Shown in pieces: positions 9,783-19,966 of a stretch of DNA of 64,000 nucleotides. Position 1 is the first letter of the stretch, and the number at the start of each line of letters is the position of its first letter. The position numbers and the translations under genes were made by a program. The notes under the pieces are model-generated. The model was not told the origin of the DNA, ran no database searches, and worked only from the letters and a program-made list of their open reading frames with translations. Source of the stretch: Muribaculaceae bacterium (GTDB taxonomy: Bacteria; Bacteroidota; Bacteroidia; Bacteroidales; G3-4614); NCBI GenBank assembly GCA_017546805.1, contig JAFYRT010000063.1, positions 10,289 to 74,288 on the forward strand, given 5' to 3'.

Positions 9783-10268
9783 CTATTTTAATTTACCGCT
9801 CAAAGCAGCCATTTTAATTGCAGTAACAGCAGCCTCGTCGCCTTTGTTACCAAGTACGCCACCTGCGCGGTCAAGAGCTTGTTGCATATCGTCTGTTGTC
9901 AAAACTCCAAAAATTACAGGTATTGAACCCTCCTCGTTAAGAGAAGTTATACCTTGGGTTACACCCTCACAAACATACTCAAAGTGAGGAGTACCTCCAC
10001 GTACAACACAGCCTAACACTATCACAGCATCGGGACGATAGAACTGCATAGCACGTTTAGCACCAAATGTCAATTCAAAAGTTCCGGGAACATACTCTAC
10101 AAAAATGTTTTCAGACTTAACTCCGTTAACCTCAAGAGTATCACACGCACCTTTTAAAAGCGCACCTGTAACCTGTTCGTTCCACTCCGAGCATATAATT
10201 GCAACTTTCATTTTTGAAGCATCAGGCATAGAGTTTCTGTCATACGCCGATAAGTTTGTTGTAGCCAT
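9783..10268 (-). CDS. ribH: 6,7-dimethyl-8-ribityllumazine synthase
   Basis: 161 aa. It has the [26 protein letters not shown] and [12 protein letters not shown] motifs typical of RibH. Confidence 0.93.
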   Translation of the reverse strand: MATTNLSAYDRNSMPDASKMKVAIICSEWNEQVTGALLKGACDTLEVNGVKSENIFVEYVPGTFELTFGAKRAMQFYRPDAVIVLGCVVRGGTPHFEYVCEGVTQGITSLNEEGSIPVIFGVLTTDDMQQALDRAGGVLGNKGDEAAVTAIKMAALSGKLK

Positions 10269-10344
10269 AATTTTTTATAAATAAAAAAGGGTGCCAACAT
10301 ATAAAATATGCGATACCCTTTATATTGTTATAGTCTATATTTTA

Positions 10345-11031
10345 CTATTTAACTTGAGCTTTAGCTCTCTCAATGTATTTGTCAATATCTTGACCCATTA
10401 CTGAGTTTTCGTATTTGTCTTTAACCTCTTGGTATAGCTCAATAGCTTTTGCGAAATCCTCAGTTTTCTCAGCAACAGTAGCTGCTTTGATAAGGAATAG
10501 GGGAGAGATTACAGCATTTGAAGCCTCCTCAGCTGCCTCAACAAATTTTTTCATAGCTTTGTTGTAATCGCCCATGTTGGCGTAGCAGTTACCAATCATA
10601 GCAATGATGTTGGGATACAAAAGAGGTTCGTTACCATCGTATGCCTCCAAATACTCAAGAGCCTCCTCGTTGTTTCCAAGGTTGTATGCACAAATACCTG
10701 CATATGCGTTAGCAAGATTTCCTGCTTTAGTTCCAGAATACTCATCTGCAACAGCTTTGAAACCAATGAAATCAGCCTCGTCTCCGTTAAGAGCAACCTC
10801 AAAATTATCTTGTTCAAAATAGAACTCACCTTTAAACATTGCATTTTGAGCCTCTTCTTCCAAAGGAGCCAAATAAAATTGTTTAACCAAAAGGATACCT
10901 ATAACAGCCAAAATTACAACCAAAACAGCAGCTGTAAGTTTTTTGCCATTTTTCTCAATCCATTGTTCGCCTGAAGAAAGGACGTTGTTCATTTTATCCA
11001 ACTCGTCCATTTTTTGTTCTTTATTAGCCAT
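10345..11031 (-). CDS. Membrane-anchored tetratricopeptide repeat protein (YfgM-like architecture)
   Basis: 228 aa. It has one N-terminal TM helix (LTAAVLVVILAVIGILLV) followed by TPR-like helices (GNCYANMGDYNKAMKKF). Confidence 0.65.
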   Translation of the reverse strand: MANKEQKMDELDKMNNVLSSGEQWIEKNGKKLTAAVLVVILAVIGILLVKQFYLAPLEEEAQNAMFKGEFYFEQDNFEVALNGDEADFIGFKAVADEYSGTKAGNLANAYAGICAYNLGNNEEALEYLEAYDGNEPLLYPNIIAMIGNCYANMGDYNKAMKKFVEAAEEASNAVISPLFLIKAATVAEKTEDFAKAIELYQEVKDKYENSVMGQDIDKYIERAKAQVK

Positions 11032-11230
11032 TTGTATTTAATGTATTTAATTAATATTCAGTTGTTTATACACAAGAGCAACAATTGCCATAGTTTCAAG
11101 GCAATGCACACTTATGCAAATTTCAGTGCAAAAATAAAATATTTATCCATATAAATAAAATTTCATCAATAAATTTTACATTTTAATTAGTATCTTCGCA
11201 GTGTCAAATTAAGAATAGAAGATACGCATT

Positions 11231-12328
11231 ATGATTCTCGAAACCATTTCGTTACTAAATTTTAAAAACATAGCCGAAGCCGATATAACCTTTTCGGAGA
11301 ACATAAATTGCTTCTTGGGGAACAACGGTATGGGAAAAACCAACCTGTTGGATGCAATATACTATCTATCATTCTGTAAAAGTTTCTACAACATATCCGA
11401 CTCACAAAACATAAAACACGGAGAGGAGTTTTTCATGATAAAGGGCAATTACCTTAATTCCAAAACCGGCGATATGTCAGAGATAAACTGCGGAGTAAAA
11501 ATGAAGCAAAAAAAGAGCTTCAAACGCGATAAAAAAGAGTACGACAAACTATCTGAACACATAGGATACATCCCGTTGGTAATAGTATCGCCAGAAGATA
11601 GCGAATTGGTAAAAGAGGGTAGCGATATACGTCGAAAATTCATCGATCAAACCCTATCTCAATTCAACAAGGAGTATCTTTCGGCAATAATAGCCTACAA
11701 CAAGGCTCTCACCACCAGAAACGTAATGCTACGACGTGGCGATAAAGAGATAGCTCTATACGAAGTAATTGAGGGGCAAATGGAGTACTCTGCAAACTAT
11801 ATATACAAATGCAGAAAAGAGTTTATAGATAACTTTGTAGTCGTCTTTAACGACTTTTATCAACAAATAAGCGGAGGAGGGGAGAACGTAACACTTTCGT
11901 ACTCATCACACTTAAACGACGGAGCATTGGCCGACCAACTTGCCGAGAGCAGAGAAAAGGATAAGATATTGGGATACACAACACGAGGTATACACCGCGA
12001 TGATTTGGATATGAAACTTGGCGACCACAACATAAAAAGAGTAGGCTCTCAAGGACAAACCAAAACATTTGCCATAGCCCTACGTTTTGCCCAATACGAA
12101 TATCTGAAAAAAATGGGAGGAAAGAGCCCAATCCTTCTATTGGACGACATATTCGACAAGCTCGACTCAAACCGAGTTGAACGAATAATGAACATGGTTT
12201 CAACTCCCGATTTCGGACAGATATTTGTAACAGATACCAACCGAGAATACCTCGATGCAATAGTTCGCAAAAGCGACAAAAAATTCAAACTCTTTGGAGT
12301 AGAAGAGGGCGTAATAAGAGAGATATAG
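11231..12328 (+). CDS. recF: DNA replication and repair protein RecF
   Basis: 365 aa. It has a Walker A motif (GNNGMGKTNLLDA), an SMC-type signature (GSQGQTKTFAIALR) and Walker B (LLLDDIFDKLD). Confidence 0.93.
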   Translation: MILETISLLNFKNIAEADITFSENINCFLGNNGMGKTNLLDAIYYLSFCKSFYNISDSQNIKHGEEFFMIKGNYLNSKTGDMSEINCGVKMKQKKSFKRDKKEYDKLSEHIGYIPLVIVSPEDSELVKEGSDIRRKFIDQTLSQFNKEYLSAIIAYNKALTTRNVMLRRGDKEIALYEVIEGQMEYSANYIYKCRKEFIDNFVVVFNDFYQQISGGGENVTLSYSSHLNDGALADQLAESREKDKILGYTTRGIHRDDLDMKLGDHNIKRVGSQGQTKTFAIALRFAQYEYLKKMGGKSPILLLDDIFDKLDSNRVERIMNMVSTPDFGQIFVTDTNREYLDAIVRKSDKKFKLFGVEEGVIREI

Positions 12329-12619
12329 ATGGAGAGACGCAAAACCGTACATATAAGTGAAATAATTCAGGAGCTCCTCACAAAAAACAATATGAAGAGC
12401 CGTCTTGATGAAACCACCATAGCCCAAAAGTGGGAAGAGGTGGTTGGCAAAACCATGGCAAAATACACCCGAAAGGTATACGTCAGCAAAGGAGTTTTAC
12501 ATGTAGAGGTAATCTCCTCTGTCGCACGCAACGAATTGGTAATGAACCGTTCAATCCTAATTGAAAAACTCAATCAAACAACAGGAAACGAAACAATAAA
12601 AGATATTATATTCAGATAA
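12329..12619 (+). CDS. DUF721 (DciA-like) protein
   Basis: 96 aa. It starts immediately after the recF stop (ATAGATG junction), which is the conserved recF-DUF721 synteny. It has the GVLHVEVISSVARNEL motif. Confidence 0.7.
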   Translation: MERRKTVHISEIIQELLTKNNMKSRLDETTIAQKWEEVVGKTMAKYTRKVYVSKGVLHVEVISSVARNELVMNRSILIEKLNQTTGNETIKDIIFR

Positions 12620-12625
12620 AAAGAG

Positions 12626-13069
12626 ATGGACAAGCTATATAAACACAAAATAGAGATACAGCCCCGTTTTAACGACTTTGATCCAATGGGGCATGTAAAC
12701 AATACCATATTCATGAACTACTTTGACGTAGGCAAGGTAGCCTATTTTAAAGCTGTATGGGATACAGACTTTATAGATTGGAAAGAGTTTGGATTGGTAA
12801 TTGCCCGCATTGAAACAGACTTTATGTCGCCAATTTTAATGGGCGAAAGGGTAGTGGTACGCACCACCATTCTTCGCATCGGCAACAAAAGCTTGGAGCT
12901 ATCGCAACAGCTCATAAACCCCGACACAAACCAATTAAAAGCGGCAGCACGCACAATTATGGTTGGCTTTGACGTAAACACCAACAGCGCTGAACCCATA
13001 ACCGAAAAATGCGTAGAGGCAATATCTCGTTACGAAGGCCGTCCTTTTAAAAGAGAAATAAGCAAATAA
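12626..13069 (+). CDS. Acyl-CoA thioesterase (4HBT/YbgC-like hotdog fold)
   Basis: 147 aa. It has the N-terminal RFNDFDPMGHVNN catalytic-Asp motif typical of 4HBT thioesterases. Confidence 0.75.
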   Translation: MDKLYKHKIEIQPRFNDFDPMGHVNNTIFMNYFDVGKVAYFKAVWDTDFIDWKEFGLVIARIETDFMSPILMGERVVVRTTILRIGNKSLELSQQLINPDTNQLKAAARTIMVGFDVNTNSAEPITEKCVEAISRYEGRPFKREISK

Positions 13070-13083
13070 AATATCATAAAACC

Positions 13084-13120
13084 AATAAGCAGGTTCTACA
13101 TATCGTAAAACCTGCTTATT
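13084..13120. terminator. Hairpin terminator between convergent genes
   Basis: A 12-bp perfect stem AATAAGCAGGTT (13084-13095) / AACCTGCTTATT (13109-13120). Confidence 0.6.
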
Positions 13121-13144
13121 CTATGTTTAGTGGAAGTGTCGATC

Positions 13145-14233
13145 TTACCTATCACTACATACTGATGAGTAGAAAGGTAAACCATATATTGCATTACTTA
13201 TATAATCGGCCGAAACGTAAGTGTATTGAGGATTTATCTTATACACTCCTTTGTTGTTTATAAAGCCGTAATAGTCGCCTATTTTCACAAGAGCCAAATC
13301 CTTGACAAATGGATATGCTTCGTCAAACTGACGCTTAATAACTATCTTGCCAGACTTATTTACATAAGCCCATTTCCCTTTTATCATAACAGGAGCTATA
13401 TCTGCTCCATTAAAAGGCAAAACCTTGTCAAAAGCAGCAGGAACAACCCATTCGCCGTTAACATCTGTCCATCCCCATTGATCATTGCTTAAGGTAATAA
13501 ACAACTCTCCATCGGCTCTCATGTCGTCAAATGAGGGTTCAAGAACAAATACTCCCATTTTATTAATCAAGCCCCATTTATCTCCAACGGCAACAGGAGC
13601 CAACTCTCCTGAAAAGGTCTTTGCTGCATCAAAATTTGCAGGGATTATAACAGTTCCTACTTTATCGATATAGCCCCATTTATTATCCAAACCTTTTACT
13701 GCAGCCAGCCCCTCGCTGAAATGAGTTGCATCGTAGTATATTGGAGGTATTACCTTTTCGCCTTGCATATTCGCAAAGCCATAACGTTTTTGCCTTTTCT
13801 CGGTTGTATAATAACGGGCCATATCCTCAATATAGATTTCAACCCAATCAACCTCTCTAAGCGAAAATTTAAGCTCTCCTTTGCGATTTATAACTCCGGG
13901 GACATCTCCATTGCGTACAACCCATGCCATGTTGTTATTAAAAACAGTGGCATACTTGTAGACATCGGGTAGTATCTGTTCTCCATCATTATCGGCATAT
14001 CCGTAACGGTTCTCTTTAAGCACTAAAGCCACATCATCTCTTATTAATGATACTTGAGATGCGTTAACCGAAAACTGATATTTATCGCTCTTTGATATGA
14101 AAAACAGAGAATCTCCTGCCCCTACTGCTATATCCTTAACATCTGCCATATTCCAACCCTTATTGGAACACGACGATGCAAGCATTGCAACAAGCAACAC
14201 CAACACCATTTTTAAGGATATACTTTTTTTCAT
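13145..14233 (-). CDS. WG-repeat (KWG) lipoprotein
   Basis: It has a lipoprotein signal (LVAMLASSC). Recurrent W/YG-x-I/V-N/D-x-x-G repeats are present (KWGYIDKVG, KWGLINKMG, KWAYVNKSG, YYGFINNKG). Confidence 0.75.
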   Translation of the reverse strand: MKKSISLKMVLVLLVAMLASSCSNKGWNMADVKDIAVGAGDSLFFISKSDKYQFSVNASQVSLIRDDVALVLKENRYGYADNDGEQILPDVYKYATVFNNNMAWVVRNGDVPGVINRKGELKFSLREVDWVEIYIEDMARYYTTEKRQKRYGFANMQGEKVIPPIYYDATHFSEGLAAVKGLDNKWGYIDKVGTVIIPANFDAAKTFSGELAPVAVGDKWGLINKMGVFVLEPSFDDMRADGELFITLSNDQWGWTDVNGEWVVPAAFDKVLPFNGADIAPVMIKGKWAYVNKSGKIVIKRQFDEAYPFVKDLALVKIGDYYGFINNKGVYKINPQYTYVSADYISNAIYGLPFYSSVCSDR

Positions 14234-14251
14234 ATCGGGAGTTTTATGGTA

Positions 14252-15184
14252 TTATTGTTCTTTTGAATAACTTTCGATGTGACGCGCTCTCTTCTCAGGA
14301 TAGATGTCTTCGATTGTAATCATCATACCTGTCTCCTCAACATCTCCGAACTCATCATTAATAGCTGTTCCAAATGTTTTCATTGATGGAGAAAGAGCCA
14401 TATATGCACTTACCAAAGGAGGAATATTTGCTCCTAAAGCTCTAATCTCTCCGTTTAGTGTAAGATAATCTTTTTTGTAGTCTGTTTTGCAGAACAATTG
14501 CTCAAAGTCTGCATCATTGGCTGTTGTATCCAATGGTTTGTGTGCCCAAATAAGATTTTCTTTATCAGGGAAATATATTCTTAAGAAGTGCATAATCATA
14601 TTTCTACCTACAACAGGGAACTCTGTGTACATAGTAAACTTACCAAGTAGGTATTTTGTTTGAGGATATATAGAAATAATTCCACCCAAACCATCCCAAA
14701 GGTTGTCAAGAGCAAACAATCCTTTTGCTCCTGCTTTTGAAGATTGGTACTCCAATGCTACAAACGAGCGTCCCAACTCAATGGTGTAGGGAAGATATTT
14801 CTCTTTGAACTCTTGTGAGAACTCAAACAGGTGAGCCATTGCTATTCGGGGCGAACCATCCTCCTCAAATTTAATATCCTCTCCCAGTAGGAAGCGATAA
14901 CCTCCTAAAATCTCCTCTTGTTCAGGATCCCAAACAAACAACTGACGGCAAGGTGGTGTCATTGTATCAAACTCATCGATATCCACCGATTTGCCTGTAC
15001 CTCCTCCTCCGTTTCTAAATGCGATCTCCCTTAAACGGCCAATCTCGTTCATGATATTGGGAGATTCAGCTGCTTCAATTACATAAATTTCATTGTTACA
15101 CTTACGAGTGCGACGAATAAAAGTTGCTCTTTTTAACTCTTCTTTAATTAGAGCTCTGTCTATTTTCTCTATAATCTCTTCCAT
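14252..15184 (-). CDS. glsB: GNAT-type N-acyltransferase (hemolysin-like), GlsB/ChoA-type glycine-lipid synthase
   Basis: 310 aa. It has IGRLREIAFRNGGGGTGKSVDIDEFD and EILGGYRFLLG, resembling Bacteroides glsB as I recall it. It lies directly upstream of the acyltransferase partner. Confidence 0.7.
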   Translation of the reverse strand: MEEIIEKIDRALIKEELKRATFIRRTRKCNNEIYVIEAAESPNIMNEIGRLREIAFRNGGGGTGKSVDIDEFDTMTPPCRQLFVWDPEQEEILGGYRFLLGEDIKFEEDGSPRIAMAHLFEFSQEFKEKYLPYTIELGRSFVALEYQSSKAGAKGLFALDNLWDGLGGIISIYPQTKYLLGKFTMYTEFPVVGRNMIMHFLRIYFPDKENLIWAHKPLDTTANDADFEQLFCKTDYKKDYLTLNGEIRALGANIPPLVSAYMALSPSMKTFGTAINDEFGDVEETGMMITIEDIYPEKRARHIESYSKEQ

Positions 15185-15193
15185 AGTGATGGA

Positions 15194-16009
15194 TTACTTT
15201 TTTATTTCGTACACTAAATCTTTCACATATTGAGCCCACTCGCGTGGATTTTTATCTGAATTGAATGTTTGCCAAGGAATGGGTTTGCCGAAATATATCT
15301 CATATTTCTTACCCTTTGCCTTAAACAATTCATCAGGCAGATAAATAAGTTCAATATTGAATTTTATTCCTAATTTCTCACGTATCAAAGCAAAGTTGTA
15401 GAAGAAATTCGAATTTTGCCCTCTGAAAAATACAGGAACAACATCTCGTTGTTGCGACACAGCATTTGTCACAAACCACTTTTTCCAAGGCAAATCCAAA
15501 ATTTTTCCCTTTTGACGGCGCGAACACATACCTGCCGGGAAAACCAACAATTGGTTATCTCCACCCATAACCTCATCCAAGTTCTTCGCCAAACTTCTCG
15601 ACTGTTTACCATAGCAGTTAACAGGGATGAAACATGGAGCCAAAGGCTTAAGATTCATCAACAAGTCATTTACTTGAGCCTTTATCTTACCATCAAAATA
15701 TTCTCCCAAAATCGAAAGCAGAAGAATTCCGTCCATTCCACCAAGAGGATGATTACTTACAAAAATAAATTTTTTGTCTTTTGGAATATTCTCCAATCCG
15801 TAAACATCACATTCGACATCCAAAAATTTCTTAACGCCATTTGCAAAATCAATACCTTCCAAACCGGGGTTTTCATCCAAAAAGGCATTAATTTCATCTT
15901 GATGAATCGTCTTTTTTAGATAATTCATTATAAATTTCGGAAGACCTTTGCCCTTGCGAAACTTACTTTTGACAACTTTATCCAAATCTATTCTTAATGG
16001 TTCGTTCAT
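15194..16009 (-). CDS. glsA: Lysophospholipid/1-acylglycerol-3-phosphate-type O-acyltransferase (GlsA-type partner)
   Basis: 271 aa. It has the acyltransferase H-x4-D motif (NHPLGGMD) and the FPAGMCSR motif. It pairs with the upstream N-acyltransferase gene. Confidence 0.7.
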   Translation of the reverse strand: MNEPLRIDLDKVVKSKFRKGKGLPKFIMNYLKKTIHQDEINAFLDENPGLEGIDFANGVKKFLDVECDVYGLENIPKDKKFIFVSNHPLGGMDGILLLSILGEYFDGKIKAQVNDLLMNLKPLAPCFIPVNCYGKQSRSLAKNLDEVMGGDNQLLVFPAGMCSRRQKGKILDLPWKKWFVTNAVSQQRDVVPVFFRGQNSNFFYNFALIREKLGIKFNIELIYLPDELFKAKGKKYEIYFGKPIPWQTFNSDKNPREWAQYVKDLVYEIKK

Positions 16010-16107
16010 CTTCTTAAGAAATTAATTTGTATTAATACTCTATTTAACAAACAATTACACCTACTTTTAGCTAAGTCATAGTTTACTTATGACCATAAAA
16101 GAGCAAA

Positions 16108-16115
16108 CAAAAATA
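16108..16115 (-). promoter_or_regulatory. Candidate -7 promoter motif for the glsA-glsB operon
   Basis: The minus strand reads TATTTTTG (TAnnTTTG), about 95 nt upstream of the 16009 start. Confidence 0.35.
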
Positions 16116-16376
16116 CAATTTTTATCTCTTTATAGAAAAAATTAGCAAATTTTTTATTCAAAAAGATTGAAATCTTACTAATTGAAAGTAAAAAGAGATG
16201 TCTGTTTTTTGCAAAAAAAGAATTCAAATTCAACATCAAAAAAATCAAAAAACAGATACTCTTGCAACAATAAAAATTGTTGATAAATTTAGTTCTTCTT
16301 GTGTGGTTTTAATAGATTATTTTAACTATCTTTATCCCCTAATTTAGGATAACTATATTTTATTGAGTGCGAGATT

Positions 16377-17285
16377 ATGCAAGAACCTGTATATCACATA
16401 CCTGCGTTATTAGATGAATGTCTTGAGGGATTAAACATTTCTCCAAACGGAACATACGTTGATGTAACCTTTGGTGGAGGTGGACACTCTCGAGGTATAA
16501 TTAAAAATTTAGGAGAGAGTGGAAGACTATTCTCTTTTGACCAAGACAGTGACGCAGAAAAGAATATAATTGACGATGAACGCTTCACTTTTGTAAAAAG
16601 CAATTTCAGGTTCTTGAAAAATTTTATGCAATACCACAACGTAGAGAATGTTGATGGCATAATTGCCGATTTGGGAGTATCGTTCCACCACTTTGATGAA
16701 GCCGACAGAGGATTCTCGTTCCGCTTCGATGGCAAGCTCGATATGAGAATGAACAGACGAGGTGGCAAATCGGCATCGGACATAATAAACCGCTATCCCG
16801 AAGATAAGATTGCCGACATACTATACTACTACGGAGAGATGCGCAATGCCAGACGCATTGCTTCAGCAATAGTGAAAAAGAGAGAGGGCAAAATGATAGA
16901 GACAACAACCGATTTGCTCTCGGTAATAAAGGATTTGGTAAACCCTAAACAAGAGAAGAAGGAGTTGGCTCAAATTTTCCAAGCACTACGCATTGAGGTA
17001 AACGACGAAATGGCAAGCCTCAAAAGCATGCTCACCCAGAGTGCAGAAATATTAAAACCCGGCGGAAGAATGGTTGTTCTTACATACCACTCGCTTGAGG
17101 ATAGAATTGTAAAAGACTTTTTCAAATTCGGAAACTTTGAGGGTAAAGCCGAAAAGGATTTCTTCGGACGAGTAATTGCACCACTCAAACAGGTAAACAA
17201 TAAAGTTATTGTACCATCAGAGGAGGAGATAGAGCGCAATCCAAGATCTCGTTCGGCAAAGTTAAGAATAGCGGAAAAACTATAA
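16377..17285 (+). CDS. rsmH: 16S rRNA (cytosine1402-N4)-methyltransferase
   Basis: 302 aa. It has YVDVTFGGGGHS, DLGVSFHHFD and SRSAKLR motifs. It is the first gene of the dcw cluster. Confidence 0.93.
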   Translation: MQEPVYHIPALLDECLEGLNISPNGTYVDVTFGGGGHSRGIIKNLGESGRLFSFDQDSDAEKNIIDDERFTFVKSNFRFLKNFMQYHNVENVDGIIADLGVSFHHFDEADRGFSFRFDGKLDMRMNRRGGKSASDIINRYPEDKIADILYYYGEMRNARRIASAIVKKREGKMIETTTDLLSVIKDLVNPKQEKKELAQIFQALRIEVNDEMASLKSMLTQSAEILKPGGRMVVLTYHSLEDRIVKDFFKFGNFEGKAEKDFFGRVIAPLKQVNNKVIVPSEEEIERNPRSRSAKLRIAEKL

Positions 17286-17289
17286 GAAC

Positions 17290-17817
17290 ATGGCAGAAAA
17301 CGAAAAGATAGAAGAGCTAAAAGAGGAGATTATATCATTGGAGCAATCTGATGATACAACCTCTGATGTTGTATCCCAAGAGCAAGAAGAGGAGACAAAC
17401 ATCGAGGAAGAGGGTTCTGCCACCGAAGAAGATAAAAAAAACAAAAAGAAAGAGAAGAGAGAGAGAAAGAATATTCTAAAAAGCATTTGGAATATTATAA
17501 AGACAATCTTCATGGGCCGAATATTATCGGTTGACTTTATCATACGATATTGGAAAACAATTTTAACAGCCCTGTTTATAAGCCTTTTCTACATATCCAA
17601 CCGATATGCATGTCAACAAAGCGCGGCTCGCATAAAAAGAGTTGAAAGCGAGATAGTGGAAATTCGATACAAATCGCTCGGAATGTTTACTCGCTTGAAA
17701 ACTTTGCAACGTGAAGATTCAATAGCAAAACTAATAAGGGAATCGAATTTAAAGCTCGAAATACCCAAACATCCGCCTTATACCATAAACGCAATTAAAG
17801 AGAATGGAAAAGAGTAA
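17290..17817 (+). CDS. ftsL: FtsL-like cell division protein with an acidic/lysine-rich N-terminal extension
   Basis: 175 aa. It sits between rsmH and ftsI and has a single TM helix (ILTALFISLFYI). The N-terminus is low complexity (EEEETNIEEEGSATEEDKKNKKKEKRERK). Confidence 0.6.
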   Translation: MAENEKIEELKEEIISLEQSDDTTSDVVSQEQEEETNIEEEGSATEEDKKNKKKEKRERKNILKSIWNIIKTIFMGRILSVDFIIRYWKTILTALFISLFYISNRYACQQSAARIKRVESEIVEIRYKSLGMFTRLKTLQREDSIAKLIRESNLKLEIPKHPPYTINAIKENGKE

Positions 17818-19960
17818 ACAAAGTAAAATATTATTCCGATACTTTCTCATATCAGCAGTTGTCGTGCTGATGTGTTGCGTTGTTATTGCCAAAACCATAA
17901 AAATAGTATTTGTGGAGAGAGAGGGATGGAATAAAAAAACCGAGGCCACAATACGCAAAAACATAAAAATTCCTGCACAGAGAGGTAACATATTATCTGC
18001 AAATGACGAGATATTGGCAAGTACAATCAAAGAATATCGTCTATATTTCGATTTCAGAAAAATTTTGGATGCAAACGACAAACGTGTCGATAGATTACAC
18101 CCCGACACGTTAGATAAATATATCGACCCTTTAAGCAAAGCTCTATCTGAAAAGATAGGAGACAAAAGTGCCAAAGAGTACAAAAAAGCCATAAGAACAG
18201 CATACGAAAAGAAAGATAAACGTTTTAGAATAAGCAAAGAGTGGGTTTCGTATCTCGATTTATTGGAAATAAAGAAATTTCCCCTTATCGAGAAAGGACG
18301 AGACGTAACAGGTTTTTTTGAGGAGGGACAAGAGAAGAGAGAAAAACCCTTTGGAAGTGTTGCCTCAAGAACCATAGGACGAATAAAATTGGGCGAGGCA
18401 GAATATGGCATTGAGCTGGCATACGACTCAATTCTAAAAGGTAAAGACGGAGTGGCGGACTTTAAAAAGACCCGTAAAGCCTATATAGAGATAAGAGACA
18501 CTAAAATTGACGAAGAGAATGGTTGTGACGTTAGAACAACCATCGACCTCAAAATACAATATATAGCAGAGCAAGCTCTGCTAAAAAAACTGCATGAGGT
18601 AGATGCTGACGACGGATGTGTTGTTGTAATGGAGGTTAAAACAGGAGCAGTAAGAGCCATTGCAAACTTCAGGAGGGTAGCAGAACGAAGATTCGTGGAG
18701 TCACGAAACAATGCAATAGCCGACATGGTTGAGCCTGGCTCTACATTCAAAACCATGGCAGCAATGGCTGTTATTGACGAAGGCATAGCAACTCCCAATG
18801 AGATATTTGATACAGGCAACGGTGTATATGCGTACTCAAGAGGTAAACATACTCGTTTCATAAACGATTGGAACAAACATCGTGGAGGATACGGAAAAAT
18901 ATCTTTGGCAGAGGCCATACACTACTCATCAAACATTGGTATAGCCAAGGCTGTGTTAAAAGGGTATGAAAACAACCCTAAAGCTTTTATCAAAAAACTT
19001 AACGAGATGGGAGTGGGAGACTCTGTCGACTTGAAGATGATTGGACAGGCATATCCCAAAGTACCCCATCCCGACAGATACCGAGGATGGAACTTTACAA
19101 CATTGCCATGGATGAGTTTCGGATACAACGTACAGATACCACCGATTTACACTCTGATGTTCTATAACGCAATTGCAAACAATGGTAAAATGTTAGCTCC
19201 CGTGTTTGTCTCTGACATATTACAAAACGGGTCGGTAAAAGAGCATATCGATGCAACAGTTGTGAGAGAGCAGATATGTAAGCCTCAAACATTGGTAGAG
19301 ATAAGAAAGATGCTCTCGGGAGTTGTAACATCGGGAACTGCTCAAAACCTACGCTCACCGTATGTTACAATAGCAGGTAAAACAGGAACTGCCCAAATAT
19401 CTCAGGGTGGAGCGGGATATAAGAGTGGAGAGACAACTCACCGCGTATCGTTCTGCGGATATTTCCCCGACAACGAAACACCTCTATACTCTTGCATAGT
19501 GGTAGTAACACGTCCTCGAGGAGTATATCCATCGGCAGGAGCAATATCGGGCGAGGTAGTAAAATCGATTGCCGAGCAGATGTATGGGCAAGGATTCTAT
19601 GACTATGCTCCTCTCTTAGAAGCTTCGAAGGAGTTGGAAATGGCTCCCAAAATAAAGGGAGGAATAAGTAACGTAACAGAGATGGTTTGCGACTCTCTGA
19701 ATGTTAAATACACGACAAAAGAGAGAGACAATAGCGATATTTATATAAAAAACAGATACCCGCAAGTATTGGAATCAGAAAACGACAGCATAAAACGAAT
19801 CCCGTCTGTAATAGGCATGGGATTAAAAGATGCACTGCTCATTTTGGAACAATCGGGAATTAATGTCAGTGTAAACGGACACGGTTGCGTGGTAGAGCAA
19901 ACACCCAATAGCGGTGAAATATTCAACAGAGGAGATAAAGTAACAATAACATTAAAATAA
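17804..19960 (+). CDS. ftsI: Penicillin-binding protein 3 / peptidoglycan D,D-transpeptidase FtsI with a C-terminal PASTA domain
   Basis: 718 aa. Transpeptidase motifs are present (STFK in EPGSTFKT, SSN in YSSNIG, KTGT in AGKTGTA). It has a C-terminal PASTA-like domain (VIGMGLKDALLILEQSGINV). Confidence 0.9.
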   Translation: MEKSKQSKILFRYFLISAVVVLMCCVVIAKTIKIVFVEREGWNKKTEATIRKNIKIPAQRGNILSANDEILASTIKEYRLYFDFRKILDANDKRVDRLHPDTLDKYIDPLSKALSEKIGDKSAKEYKKAIRTAYEKKDKRFRISKEWVSYLDLLEIKKFPLIEKGRDVTGFFEEGQEKREKPFGSVASRTIGRIKLGEAEYGIELAYDSILKGKDGVADFKKTRKAYIEIRDTKIDEENGCDVRTTIDLKIQYIAEQALLKKLHEVDADDGCVVVMEVKTGAVRAIANFRRVAERRFVESRNNAIADMVEPGSTFKTMAAMAVIDEGIATPNEIFDTGNGVYAYSRGKHTRFINDWNKHRGGYGKISLAEAIHYSSNIGIAKAVLKGYENNPKAFIKKLNEMGVGDSVDLKMIGQAYPKVPHPDRYRGWNFTTLPWMSFGYNVQIPPIYTLMFYNAIANNGKMLAPVFVSDILQNGSVKEHIDATVVREQICKPQTLVEIRKMLSGVVTSGTAQNLRSPYVTIAGKTGTAQISQGGAGYKSGETTHRVSFCGYFPDNETPLYSCIVVVTRPRGVYPSAGAISGEVVKSIAEQMYGQGFYDYAPLLEASKELEMAPKIKGGISNVTEMVCDSLNVKYTTKERDNSDIYIKNRYPQVLESENDSIKRIPSVIGMGLKDALLILEQSGINVSVNGHGCVVEQTPNSGEIFNRGDKVTITLK

Positions 19961-19966
19961 GATAAG

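Noticed and set aside
16010-16376. A second origin candidate: minus-strand genes to the left, the plus-strand dcw cluster to the right, an AT-rich 367-bp gap, and TGTTGATAA at 16278.
   Set aside because: Codon third-position composition does not change polarity here. Minus-strand genes on the left are T/G-ending and plus-strand genes on the right are A/C-ending, which is consistent with one continuous strand skew. Only one near-DnaA box is present, and there is no repeat architecture.
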